From Acidobacteriota bacterium (lineage in GTDB: Bacteria; Acidobacteriota; UBA6911; RPQK01; JANQFM01), in assembly GCA_041630155.1 (NCBI GenBank), contig JBFKLX010000004.1:1-58576 (forward strand): a stretch of DNA of 58,576 nucleotides. The letters run 5' to 3'. Positions 10,143 through 19,375 of this stretch are shown here, piece after piece (position 1 is the first letter of the stretch; each line of letters begins with the position of its first letter). The translations under genes were made by a program, and so were the position numbers. The notes under the pieces were generated by a model, which was not told the DNA's origin, did no database searches, and saw only the letters and a list, made by a program, of their open reading frames with translations.

Positions 10143-11498
10143 TCAGCCGGAGAGCTGCTGGATGATTTCGGACAGCCAGGTTTGCGGACGTCCCCGGGAC
10201 TCCCGGGCTTTCAGGATCATCTGGAGATTGCGGGCCGTCGTCTGGGGCTCCCACTGTTCCCGCACGGCGGCCAGGGCTGCCCTCGAATGCTGATCGGCGC
10301 TTTCCCGGTCCCCCTCCAGAACGGCCAGCTCCAGAAGCGTCGCGTGATCCCAGTAGTCGGCTTTCCGGCCCTTGATGCGTTGACGGACGGAGAATCGCAC
10401 CACGGGCAGCAATTCGTCCTTCCGTTGCAGCGACCCGGGGTCGCCCTTGACGTCCAGGAGCGTCAGTGCATTGATGCCGGGATAGTGATCGCGCCAGTCG
10501 GTCTCGAATCCGCGCAGGTAGGCCGCGATCGCCCGCTCCAGAAACGCTGCCGCCTCGGCCTGAGAGCCTTTCTTGGCGGACTCTTCCCATTTGTCTTTGT
10601 AGACTCGGCCGATCAGGCCGCAGGTCTCCGAACTGGGCCCCTGTTGGGTCTCAATGGCCTCCAGGATTTCCAATGCGCGGTCCCGGTCACCGCGCCGATT
10701 ACAGGCGAAGGCCAATTGCTCGCGCAGCAGGGTGGTGCGGCGCAGTGCAGCCGGCAGGCGCTGATACAGCTCGATCATGCCGGCCCAGTCTTGAAGCGCC
10801 CGGTAGGAAAGGAAGAGATCGACCAACACCCCTGATTCCACAGCCTCGAGGTCTCCCAATTCGGCTTCGAACTCGTGCAGCCGGCCGGCGTCACCGCCCT
10901 TTCGAACCTCTTCGAGCTGCTGCTTCTTGCGCTCCGAATAGCGGACCCTCTCGCGGAACACGTCGGTCTTGAGCCGTTTCACATCGGGCGCCTGGTAGCC
11001 GTCCAGCAGTTCGAAGAGTGGACTGTCCCGGGGCGGCCCCTGGGCAGCTCGCGCGCGCAGCTGGCGGAGGCGCTCAGCCAGCTCTGACCGGAGGGATTGC
11101 GCCGCGCTGCTGCCGAATCGGTTCCCTTCGCCGAGGTGGTAGGGAAGGCCGCGAAGAGTGTTCACGTCGAAAGGAATTTTGCGCTGCTCCGCGAAGACGA
11201 TCACCGACGTGTTGGGTCGCACGGCATGGCGGACGCCCAGCGCGTAGGCGACGTTGGGGTTGGCCGCCGTCATGTCCGCCACCGCGTACTCGCACAGCAG
11301 CAGGCGTTCGTAGAGGACCTCTTCGAGCACGCCTACGACGACTTCACCGCCGCTCCGAAGGGGCGCCAAGCCGGCATCCTCGATGGCGGGCGCCAGCGCC
11401 TTCTCGTAGATCCGATCGAAATCGATCGAACCGCCGCTGCTGGGGTCCGGCTGTACGCCGGAAGGAATGAGAACGCAGCAGATCGGACGTTCAGCCAT
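10143..11498 (-). CDS. Deoxyribohydrolase/NDT-like domain fused to TRAFs-binding (DUF4071, TPR-S) domain
   Basis: N-terminus IDFDRIYEKALAPAI...ADMTAANPNVAYALGVRHA; C-terminus LFLSYRAL, SETCGLIGRVYKD, YPGINA, DYWDHATLLELAVL. Start moved to MAERP. Confidence 0.8.
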   Translation of the reverse strand: MAERPICCVLIPSGVQPDPSSGGSIDFDRIYEKALAPAIEDAGLAPLRSGGEVVVGVLEEVLYERLLLCEYAVADMTAANPNVAYALGVRHAVRPNTSVIVFAEQRKIPFDVNTLRGLPYHLGEGNRFGSSAAQSLRSELAERLRQLRARAAQGPPRDSPLFELLDGYQAPDVKRLKTDVFRERVRYSERKKQQLEEVRKGGDAGRLHEFEAELGDLEAVESGVLVDLFLSYRALQDWAGMIELYQRLPAALRRTTLLREQLAFACNRRGDRDRALEILEAIETQQGPSSETCGLIGRVYKDKWEESAKKGSQAEAAAFLERAIAAYLRGFETDWRDHYPGINALTLLDVKGDPGSLQRKDELLPVVRFSVRQRIKGRKADYWDHATLLELAVLEGDRESADQHSRAALAAVREQWEPQTTARNLQMILKARESRGRPQTWLSEIIQQLSG

Positions 11499-11606
11499 CG
11501 AGTGCACGATAGCACGTTGGCGGCTGGGCGTCAGGCCACCCAGGACCCTTTCCTGCAGCGACACCGGCCTCGAGCCGCAAGGCTGGCACGGCTCGTCCGC
11601 AAGAGC

Positions 11607-12548
11607 TCAACGTTGCAACCGCCGCAGTTCAATGTTGCCGCCGGAGGTGCGCAGAACCAGGCGGGGGCCGCCGCTCCCCAAGCGGGCCCGGAGTTGGTTG
11701 CGCTTCTTCGGGTCACTTTCCGCCTGTAAAGGCAGATCGTGGATCACCCGGCCGCTCGAGGTAACAGCGTCCACGTCCAGGGCAATGCCCTCCGCCAGTT
11801 CCACGGTGACGTTGCCTCCCGAAGTGGTGAGGCGGCATTCGCCCTGGGGTTGAGCCGAGATGCGGGCCGAAACACTGCCGCCTGAGGTGGCGGCCTGGAT
11901 GTCTCCGTAAACCTCGTCGACCTCGATGCTGCCGCCCGAGGTCTTGGCGTCGACGCGCCCGTTGACGCGGCCCACCCGGATGCTGCCCCCGGCCGTCTTC
12001 AACTCGGCATCGGCGCTGCTGCCCTCCAGCTGGATGCTGCCCCCGGCGGTCACGCCCCGGACGTGGCCCGCAATCTGGCCAAAGCTCAGGCTCCCTCCGG
12101 CGGTCCTGGCGTCTACTTCACCTTCCAGATCGGCCACCCCGATGCTGCCGCCCGCCGTCGTCAGGTTCAGGTCGTACTGAAAGGGGACTTCGATCTGGAA
12201 GCGAAATCGCAGCCCCTTGCTTCGGGACCAGTTGTTGCGGTTGCCGATGCGCTCCACTCGGACTTCGACGTCGTTTCCGAATTGCCGCAGCTGAAAATCG
12301 AACTCCCGGAGTCGCTGTTCGAACTCCGCCTCACCCAGGTCGGCTTCCCGGAAGATCCGGACTTGGACCCGGTCGGAAGCACCCGAAGTGATCTCGATCG
12401 ATCCCATGGCAGTAGCGACCGTCAAGGTCCCTCCCGGCTGGACGGCAAAGCTCTGATCCAGGACGTCGGCGCTGCGGGCCGCCAGGGCCGTCGTCAGCAG
12501 CAGCGCCCAGACCAAGCACAGGCCAATCATTCGAATCGTTGTTCTCAT
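11607..12548 (-). CDS. DUF4097 beta-strand repeat (putative adhesin) protein
   Basis: Signal peptide followed by repeated T[AS]GGSI units. Confidence 0.85.
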   Translation of the reverse strand: MRTTIRMIGLCLVWALLLTTALAARSADVLDQSFAVQPGGTLTVATAMGSIEITSGASDRVQVRIFREADLGEAEFEQRLREFDFQLRQFGNDVEVRVERIGNRNNWSRSKGLRFRFQIEVPFQYDLNLTTAGGSIGVADLEGEVDARTAGGSLSFGQIAGHVRGVTAGGSIQLEGSSADAELKTAGGSIRVGRVNGRVDAKTSGGSIEVDEVYGDIQAATSGGSVSARISAQPQGECRLTTSGGNVTVELAEGIALDVDAVTSSGRVIHDLPLQAESDPKKRNQLRARLGSGGPRLVLRTSGGNIELRRLQR

Positions 12549-12605
12549 GGTCGTTGCACCCCGTTTTCTTCAGAAAATTGGATTCAGGTCCCTCAGTTGA
12601 CGCAC

Positions 12606-12635
12606 TATTGGACTCGGCCTGCTGCAGAAAGGTTG
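12606..12635 (-). promoter_or_regulatory. Putative ECF sigma promoter for the DUF4097 gene
   Basis: Minus strand CAACC-N17-GTCCAATA fits the general ECF AAC...GTC pattern. Confidence 0.4.
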
Positions 12636-12663
12636 AGAGGGCCGCTTCGAGGTTTTCGAGCAG

Positions 12664-13578
12664 ATGCAGATCGACTTCGTCGAGATTGGGAACATCCTGA
12701 CACGGGCAGGCGGATTCTTGAAGACCGTTTCGTCTCATTCGGCTCAGCCTTACCGGGGCTGTTCCTTCGGGAACTCGCTCTGTGGGGTCGGCTGCTACGT
12801 GCAGCACTACGCACACCTGACCCGGGGGCGCCGCTGGGGAGGGTTTCTGGAGGTTCGGCGCAACGCGGCCGACTCCTACCGCCGGAACTACCCGCGCGAG
12901 CGCGCCTGGGCGCGACGCTCAAGGGGCCGCTTCACCATCTTCCTGTCCAGCTCGACCGAGCCGTTTCTTCCCCAGGAATTCCGGTACCGAATCACCCGGG
13001 GGCTCCTGGAAGCCATGCTCGAACTGCCGCCTGACGAGTTGATCGTGCAGACCCATTCCCAGCGCGTGGTGGACTACCTCGGCCTGTTGGCTGGACTCGG
13101 TAGGGCTTGCCGGCTGCGGGTACACGTCTCCATCGAAAGCGATCGGGATCAATTCCCCGGTCTGCCACGCTCACCCAATCCGGTGAGCGGTCGGCTGGAG
13201 GCGGCAAAAGCTCTCAAAGCTTCCGGCATCCAAACCGTGATCACCGTCGCCCCCCTGCTCCCCATCCGCGACCCGGAGCGCTTCTTTCGGCGTGTCGCTG
13301 AGTGTGCCCACGCCGTGGTGATCGACCACTTCATCCAGGGTGACGGGACTCCTCAGGGTACGCGCACCGCCAGGACGCCGCTTCCCGCCGCCATGGAAGC
13401 GGTGCTCCCGGGCTCTTCCCGCTTGGCCTATCGGGACGAGATGGTCCGGGTCGCCCAGAGGTTTCTGCCCGGCCGGGTGGGCGTCAACGTGGAAGGGTTC
13501 GCCGGGCGCTATCTGGACCAGCAAGGCCGGAGCAGGATATCGGGTGGGATGCTGGTGTCACGAGGAGTTGTGCTTTGA
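12664..13578 (+). CDS. Radical SAM protein, spore photoproduct lyase-like family
   Basis: HSAQPYRGC...C...CY, SSSTEPF, IVQTHS, VHVSIESD, TVAPLLP; Cys spacing is non-canonical. Confidence 0.7.
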   Translation: MQIDFVEIGNILTRAGGFLKTVSSHSAQPYRGCSFGNSLCGVGCYVQHYAHLTRGRRWGGFLEVRRNAADSYRRNYPRERAWARRSRGRFTIFLSSSTEPFLPQEFRYRITRGLLEAMLELPPDELIVQTHSQRVVDYLGLLAGLGRACRLRVHVSIESDRDQFPGLPRSPNPVSGRLEAAKALKASGIQTVITVAPLLPIRDPERFFRRVAECAHAVVIDHFIQGDGTPQGTRTARTPLPAAMEAVLPGSSRLAYRDEMVRVAQRFLPGRVGVNVEGFAGRYLDQQGRSRISGGMLVSRGVVL

Positions 13579-15093
13579 GAGCAGGCGCTGGATCTCTCCG
13601 TGACCATTGTGTGCGGCCAAGTCGGCAGCGGTTTTTTCGTGTGAGTCCCTGAGAGCCGGATCGGCGCCGCGTTCGAGCAGGGCTCGGACCAGTTCGAGCC
13701 GGCCTGCGGCGGCCGCGGCTCGTAACAGCACGCCGGGCGGTTCGCCAAAGGCGGGAGCATTGACGTCGGAATCTCCGAGCAATTCCAGGACCCGCGCCAC
13801 CTGGCCCGATTCGAATGCGTCGCGCAGGTCGAGGCGGCTGGGGTCGGAACTGAGCATCTCCACGACTGACGAATGTTTCCCGTACCGCGCCCAGCCCAGC
13901 GGAGAGCTCTGGTAGCAGCGATCCCGAATCGTGAGACTGGCTCCCCGCTGGAGCAGCAACCGGGCGGTTTCGAGGTGGCCCTCCAGGGCGGCCCGATGAA
14001 GCGGGGTCTCGTTCCACACGTGGCCCCGGGTGTTCACGTCCCAACCCAGGTCGAGCATGATGCGGATGCCGGCGGTGTTGCCGGCAGCAGCCACTTCACA
14101 GATGACGGCGCGATCGGGGCCCGAAAGCCTCGCCAGCAGGTCGGGATGCTGGGCGAGTGCGGCCTGGGCCGCGGCCCGGTCGCCCAGAGCGCAGGCCGAG
14201 ATGAAGCGGTCGCTGTCCTCGAGTTCCTCGCTGGCGCCCAGCTCGACCAACCATTGCATGATGTCGGCCCGACCGGCCCGGGCAGCCAGCGCATAGGCGG
14301 TCTTGCCGTGGCGGTTGGGAGCGTCCAGGTCGGCACCGTACTGGGCCAGAAGTTCGAAGAAAGGCCGCGAGCGACCTCGCCAGACAGCTTGATGCAGCGC
14401 CTGATTCGGAAACGGCCTGGGGCCGTTGGGATCGGCGCCCAGTTCGAGAAGCCGGCGCAGCCCCTCCAGATCGTCGTAATCCAGCTTGTGCCCCAGGGCC
14501 GCTCCGCGGTGCAACGGCTCCAGCTTGGGGAAAATGAAGTCCGCGCAAGGGACGCCGTCGTGTTCGACCATGTGGTAGGCGGTCTCTCCGTCGTTGGGGT
14601 CGGCGCCCGCATCGATCAGCAGGCGAGCCAGTTCGACCTGATTGGCCACTCCGGCAGCGCCATAGAGGGCGGTCTCGCGATTGCCCTCCCCTTCGTCTGG
14701 GTCGATCCAGCAGGCGTCGGGGTCCGCCCCGTGGGCCAGCAGGAGCCGGGCCACCTCCAGCATGCGCTCCGAGCGCTCGCCGCCCGCCCTCAGAAGGCGG
14801 GAAAAACAAAGGTAGAGGAGCGGTTCCCAATTGCGGGTGCCCCCCCGTGCCCCGGCCAGGGCGGGCTTGACCTCCAGGAAGCTCCGGGCGGCTTCCACTT
14901 CCCCCGCCGCCGCTGCAGTCCAGATGCTGGCGCGAGCCAGTTCGGGGTGCTGGGCCAGGAGCTCTTCGGCCCGTTCGGTGGTCCCCTCGCGATGCCCCCA
15001 GGACGGGGGCAGCGTGGCTTCGAGAAATGCGTCGGCGAGATCCCGGACCTCGACCGGTTCGGTCAGATTCTTGGGGGTGTCCGATCGTGTCAA
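13558..15093 (-). CDS. Ankyrin repeat protein
   Basis: Many ankyrin units (ETALYGAAG..LLIDAGADPN, ETPLHRAALEGH..LLLQRGA); TTG start with GGAGG SD. Confidence 0.88.
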   Translation of the reverse strand: MTRSDTPKNLTEPVEVRDLADAFLEATLPPSWGHREGTTERAEELLAQHPELARASIWTAAAAGEVEAARSFLEVKPALAGARGGTRNWEPLLYLCFSRLLRAGGERSERMLEVARLLLAHGADPDACWIDPDEGEGNRETALYGAAGVANQVELARLLIDAGADPNDGETAYHMVEHDGVPCADFIFPKLEPLHRGAALGHKLDYDDLEGLRRLLELGADPNGPRPFPNQALHQAVWRGRSRPFFELLAQYGADLDAPNRHGKTAYALAARAGRADIMQWLVELGASEELEDSDRFISACALGDRAAAQAALAQHPDLLARLSGPDRAVICEVAAAGNTAGIRIMLDLGWDVNTRGHVWNETPLHRAALEGHLETARLLLQRGASLTIRDRCYQSSPLGWARYGKHSSVVEMLSSDPSRLDLRDAFESGQVARVLELLGDSDVNAPAFGEPPGVLLRAAAAAGRLELVRALLERGADPALRDSHEKTAADLAAHNGHGEIQRLLSKHNSS

Positions 15094-15125
15094 GCTCGTC
15101 CTCCCGTGACAATCAGCTCATGGTG

Positions 15126-16166
15126 CTACTTTCCCCGCCCCCGATAGTCGAAAACCGCCCGCTGGTGATCGCGGTAGGTGCTGGAGAAGTGATGGCTGCC
15201 GTCGCGCCGCGCCACGAAGTACATGTAGTCGACAGGAGCCGGGTCCAGCGCCGCGTCGACGGCCGCCACCCCGGCATTGCTGATGGGCCCCGGAGGCAGG
15301 CCAGGGTAGAGATACGTATTGTAGGGAGAGTCCAACATCAGGTCACTGCGGTGAATGATCCCGTCGAAGGGCTTGACCAGTTTGACGGCGTAGATGACGG
15401 TCGGATCACACTCCAGCTTCATGTTGCGCCGCAGCCGATTGTGGAAGACCGCAGAAACCAGGGCTCTCTCCTCGGCCAGGCCCGTCTCCTTTTCGATGAG
15501 GGAGGCCAGAGTCATCACGTCGCGCAGGCTGAAGCCCAACTCCAGAGCGCGCTGCCGGCGGGTCTCGGTCCAGATGGAGAGGAAACGGTCCAGCATCAAC
15601 CGGGTGATCGCTCGGGGGGAGGTGTGCCGCGGCAACAAATAGGTGTCGGGGAACAGGTAGCCTTCCAGGTTGCCGGCTTCGGAGTCCAGCTCCTGGATCA
15701 GTTCGGGGGAGTCGAACAGCTCCATGAATTGAGCGTGAGCCCCGAATCCGGCGCGCGCCCAGACCTCGGCGATCTGCCAGCGATCCAGACCCTCCGGAAC
15801 GGTCACTCGATACTGGTGAACGCTCCCTTGGTGCAGAGTTTCAGCCACCTGGGCGAGGCTCAGAGGAGGCTCGAGACGGTATTCTCCGGCTTTCAACTGG
15901 TACTCGTCGCCCTGCAGCCGCAGGTACAGCCGAAACCAGAAGGCAGAGCGAATCAGCCCCTGGTCCTCCAGGCGACGGGCGATCGACGCACCGCTCTGCC
16001 CGTGTGAAACGACGAAGTAGGTTTCAGAACTCCCGGACGACGGAAAGGGGGCGTGGATCTCTTGCCTGAAGCGCCACCAGCCCCATCCAGCCCCCAGCAA
16101 CGCCAGCAGCACGATGACGGCGCCGGCGCCTAGCCAGAAGCGGGGCGATCTGAGGACGTTTCGCAT
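15126..16166 (-). CDS. mltG: Endolytic transglycosylase MltG (YceG)
   Basis: N-terminal TM helix, LKAGEY, VTVPEG, LEGYLFPDTY, LASLIEKE, SPYNTYLYPGLPPGPI. Confidence 0.95.
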   Translation of the reverse strand: MRNVLRSPRFWLGAGAVIVLLALLGAGWGWWRFRQEIHAPFPSSGSSETYFVVSHGQSGASIARRLEDQGLIRSAFWFRLYLRLQGDEYQLKAGEYRLEPPLSLAQVAETLHQGSVHQYRVTVPEGLDRWQIAEVWARAGFGAHAQFMELFDSPELIQELDSEAGNLEGYLFPDTYLLPRHTSPRAITRLMLDRFLSIWTETRRQRALELGFSLRDVMTLASLIEKETGLAEERALVSAVFHNRLRRNMKLECDPTVIYAVKLVKPFDGIIHRSDLMLDSPYNTYLYPGLPPGPISNAGVAAVDAALDPAPVDYMYFVARRDGSHHFSSTYRDHQRAVFDYRGRGK

Positions 16167-16558
16167 TCCTGCAAATACCATTCGAGGATGACCGCCGCAG
16201 CGAACTCGTTGCGCCGCCGCCGGCGCTCGTCGATGGGCAGGCCCAGCCGAGCCATAACGGCTTCGGCTTCCCGAGTCGAGAGACGCTCATCATACCACTC
16301 CAAGGAACATTCGGAACGCTGCCCGAGCCGCTCGACGAGCGGTTCGATCTTCTGGGTGACCTCGGCCGGACGCCCGTCCATGTGACGGGGGCGGCCGACA
16401 ATGCATCGATCGATTCGATGCTCCTCAATCAATTCCAGCAAGTGGCCGCAATCCGACTCCAGGTCCCGGCGCTGCAGTGTGGTGAGCGGCCGGGCGGTGA
16501 GCTTGAGTGGGTCGCTGAGCGCTACCCCGATTGTTTTCGCCCCGATGTCGAGCGCCAT
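16130..16558 (-). CDS. ruvX: YqgF/RuvX family RNase H-like nuclease
   Basis: MALDIGAKTIGVALSDP, YDERLST, AAAVILEWYL. The ORF extends to a TTG at 16594. Confidence 0.92.
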   Translation of the reverse strand: MALDIGAKTIGVALSDPLKLTARPLTTLQRRDLESDCGHLLELIEEHRIDRCIVGRPRHMDGRPAEVTQKIEPLVERLGQRSECSLEWYDERLSTREAEAVMARLGLPIDERRRRRNEFAAAVILEWYLQECETSSDRPASG

Positions 16559-16677
16559 CCACCGGGAAGGTGGCTCGGAATGCTGGTTTTTCAAGGTTTT
16601 CCCCTTTTTGCCATCCCCGTTGTGCGCTATAATCGGCGCCTGGCCGGCAGTCAGTTCGCCGCCGGGCCGAGATCGAG

Positions 16678-17943
16678 GTGAGGATGTTTGCCAAACCGAA
16701 GCTGTTGATCATAATTCTCTCGGCAGCAATCGTCGTCTACGGATTCTTGGGCGGATTGCTGGAAAGAGTCTCCGCCGAGGAGGACGACGCCTACCGTCAA
16801 CTGGCGATTTTCAACGAAGTGGTCGACAAAGTGAAGTCGGACTACGTCGACGATCCCGACTTGGAGAAGGCCTTCCAGGGCGCCGTGCAAGGGATGATGG
16901 AGGCCCTCGACCCTTTTTCCAGCTTCGTCCCGGCCCAGATGTACCGGCAATACAAAAGGAACCTCGATCAAGCCGGCACGGTCGGCCTCACGCTCTCGAA
17001 ACGATTTGGATACATGTACGTCGTCGCGGTGGATCCGGGTAGCGCTGCGGAACGCGAGGGGTTGCGGACAGGAGACCTGGTGGAGTCGATCGACGGCGAG
17101 GTCACGATGCGCATGAGCGCCTGGGAAGCCACCGCCAGGCTCCAGGGCCCGGCAGGGAGCCAGGTGGAAGTGCGCGTGGTCCGGGCCCGCCGTACTGAAC
17201 CTTCGACGATGATGCTGCTCCGGGAAGCCCATCAACCCTTGTCAGTGGATAGCCGCATCCCTGAAGAGGGGGTGGGCCTGCTGAGGATCCCGCAATTCGA
17301 GCAAGGGGCAGCCGATCAAGTCTCAGCCAAACTGAAGCTGCTCGAGGCATCGGAGATCCGGGGGCTTTTGATCGACTTGCGGGGGAATGCGCGGGGGGAG
17401 CTCTCCGAGGCGGTGCGATCGGCCGATCTGCTCCTGTCCAGCGGGCTGCCCATCCTTTCGGTCCGCAACCGCGAGGGGGCCGAAACGAGCTACGTTTCCT
17501 TGCAGGAACCCATCCTGACGAACATTCCCGTCGTGCTGCTGCTGGACGGTGGAACCAGCGGGCCGGCTGAAGTCTTCGCAGCCGCGCTCCAGGATCACCA
17601 GCGGGCAGAGGTCGTGGGAGAGCGCAGCAACGGTAGAGGCTCGACCCAGAGCGTTTTCCAGTTGAACGATGGAGCCGCTCTGTTCGTCTCCACTGCACTT
17701 TACATCCGGCCGCAAGGGAAACCGCTGCAGGGAGAAACCCTGCGGGAGTCGGGTGTCAACCCTGACGTGCGTGCGCCCAATCAGGAATTCGTTACCAACT
17801 TTTACTTCGAAAACACGACGGAGAACTTCGAGGACGATGAAGTCGACGACTTCTACCGCCGGCTGGACGAGGCGGTCGAGAGGGAACAGCTCAGCCAGGC
17901 CCTGGAACGGGTTCGAGCAAAGGTGCTGGAAAAGGTTGCCTAG
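16678..17943 (+). CDS. S41 (CtpA/Prc-like) PDZ protease homolog, probably catalytically degenerate
   Basis: N-terminal TM, ALDPFSSF, PDZ (GLRTGDLVESIDG), LLIDLRGN; active-site region reads GGTSGPAE and GRGSTQ. Confidence 0.85.
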   Translation: MRMFAKPKLLIIILSAAIVVYGFLGGLLERVSAEEDDAYRQLAIFNEVVDKVKSDYVDDPDLEKAFQGAVQGMMEALDPFSSFVPAQMYRQYKRNLDQAGTVGLTLSKRFGYMYVVAVDPGSAAEREGLRTGDLVESIDGEVTMRMSAWEATARLQGPAGSQVEVRVVRARRTEPSTMMLLREAHQPLSVDSRIPEEGVGLLRIPQFEQGAADQVSAKLKLLEASEIRGLLIDLRGNARGELSEAVRSADLLLSSGLPILSVRNREGAETSYVSLQEPILTNIPVVLLLDGGTSGPAEVFAAALQDHQRAEVVGERSNGRGSTQSVFQLNDGAALFVSTALYIRPQGKPLQGETLRESGVNPDVRAPNQEFVTNFYFENTTENFEDDEVDDFYRRLDEAVEREQLSQALERVRAKVLEKVA

Positions 17944-17994
17944 TACGATCTAAAACGTAATTCTCTCATCATTAACCCAGTCTAAGGAGGAGTA

Positions 17995-18273
17995 ATGAAC
18001 AAAGGTGATTTGATTGCCGCCATTGCCAAGGATGCCGACATCAATAAATCGCAGGCAACGGCAGCGGTGGATTCATTGGTCAAACATATCGAGAAAACGC
18101 TGAAAAAGGGAGAGAAGGTAACCCTGGTGGGATTTGGATCCTTTTCGGTTTCACGGCGGGCGGGCCGGACGGGCCGCAACCCGAAAACCGGGAAACCGAT
18201 CAAGATCCCGGCCAAGAGAGTGGCGAAGTTCACGCCGGGAAAAGCCCTCAAGGAAACCATCAACAAGAGATAA
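17995..18273 (+). CDS. hup: DNA-binding protein HU
   Basis: MNKGDLIAAIA, LVGFGSF, GRNPKTG, KFTPGKALKE; AGGAGG SD. Confidence 0.96.
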   Translation: MNKGDLIAAIAKDADINKSQATAAVDSLVKHIEKTLKKGEKVTLVGFGSFSVSRRAGRTGRNPKTGKPIKIPAKRVAKFTPGKALKETINKR

Positions 18274-18382
18274 GTCTGTTCGTCTTCCGGTCAGCCGGGA
18301 AGCGACTGCAGGGCGGTGACTTCCGTTCCCGTGGACGCTTCCCGGAGTCCGGCGGATGTGCTATCCTGAAACGCTATTGAGT

Positions 18383-18457
18383 AGGTGCGTAGCTCAGGGG
18401 TAGAGCACTTCCTTGACGCGGAAGGGGTCAGCGGTTCAATTCCGCTCGCACCTACCA
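18383..18457 (+). tRNA. tRNA-Val(GAC)
   Basis: Acceptor stem AGGTGCG/CGCACCT plus ACCA; anticodon stem CTTCC/GGAAG around loop TT-GAC-GC; T-loop GGTTCAATTCC; 75 nt. Confidence 0.97.
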
Positions 18458-18578
18458 TTTTTTTTGGAGGGTCGAGCCGAGAAAGATCGGCGACGGTTCC
18501 GTCTCATCCGGGTCGCATGGCCGCCCGGGCGACCGGAGGTGTGATCGGAGCCCCGGCAGAAAGGAACTGCATTCGAAT

Positions 18579-19124
18579 TTGAGGGGATCATACAGGTCGT
18601 CCAAGCGCAGCAACATACGGGCCCGGGTGAATCACAGAATCCGCGCACCGGAGATTCGAGTCATCGCCGAGGACGGGGAACAACTCGGGGTGATGAGGCC
18701 CGATGAAGCCTTGAAGATCGCCGAAGAGCGCGGGTTGGATCTGGTCGAGGTGGCGCCCACGGCGCGCCCCCCGGTGTGCCGGGTGATGGACTACGGAAAG
18801 TACCTCTACCAGCAGAGCAAGAAGGCTCAGGAGGCCAAGAAACATCAGAAGACGATCCAGGTCAAGGAAGTCAAATTCCGGCCCAAGATCGACCAACACG
18901 ATTACGAGTTCAAGAAGAACCATGTGATTCGGTTCCTGAAGGATGAAAACAAGGTCAAGGCCACGGTCATGTTCCGGGGACGTGAAGTGACCCACGCCGA
19001 AATCGGCAGGGAGATCTTGGATCGGCTGCGCCAGGAGGTGGAAGAACTGGCTCAGGTGGAGCGCCCGCCCAAGTTGGAGGGGTACAACATGACCATGATC
19101 CTGTCGCCCAGAAAGAGCCAGTAG
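18579..19124 (+). CDS. infC: Translation initiation factor IF-3
   Basis: [40 protein letters not shown]. No in-frame ATG near the N-terminus; TTG start is uncertain. Confidence 0.95.
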   Translation: MRGSYRSSKRSNIRARVNHRIRAPEIRVIAEDGEQLGVMRPDEALKIAEERGLDLVEVAPTARPPVCRVMDYGKYLYQQSKKAQEAKKHQKTIQVKEVKFRPKIDQHDYEFKKNHVIRFLKDENKVKATVMFRGREVTHAEIGREILDRLRQEVEELAQVERPPKLEGYNMTMILSPRKSQ

Positions 19125-19164
19125 CGCAGGGTTACGGACCAGGGAGTTCAGGAGAGTTTTTGCG

Positions 19165-19362
19165 ATGCCCAAGTTGAAAACCAAGCGTGCAGCTGCCAAG
19201 CGATTCAAATTGACCGGCAGCGGCAAGATCAAGCGGCGCAGCAGCCACCACAGTCACATTCTTACCAAGAAACCGTCCAAGCGGAAACGGGGACTGAGAA
19301 AGTGGTCCCTGGTTTCGGGTTCGGACGAAAAGCGAGTTCGCCAGATGCTCAATCTGGGTTGA
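19165..19362 (+). CDS. rpmI: 50S ribosomal protein L35
   Basis: [29 protein letters not shown]; lies between infC and rplT. Confidence 0.97.
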   Translation: MPKLKTKRAAAKRFKLTGSGKIKRRSSHHSHILTKKPSKRKRGLRKWSLVSGSDEKRVRQMLNLG

Positions 19363-19375
19363 GGATAGATACGCC

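Noticed and set aside
11607-12548. Periodic DNA repeats as a CRISPR or tandem array
   Set aside because: The periodicity is the T[AS]GGSI protein repeat of DUF4097; no constant repeat-spacer pattern was found anywhere in the window.
10143-15093. Defence island (TPR-S protein, radical SAM, ankyrin)
   Set aside because: Genes alternate in orientation with separate promoters, no nuclease, NTPase, TIR or toxin effector is present, and no compositional shift is apparent by eye.
18383-18457. tRNA as an integration site
   Set aside because: No duplicated tRNA 3' end and no adjacent integrase seen; the flanks are core genes.
18571-18579. Classical ATT start codon for infC
   Set aside because: Both ATT triplets (18571 and 18577) are out of frame with the IF-3 coding sequence.
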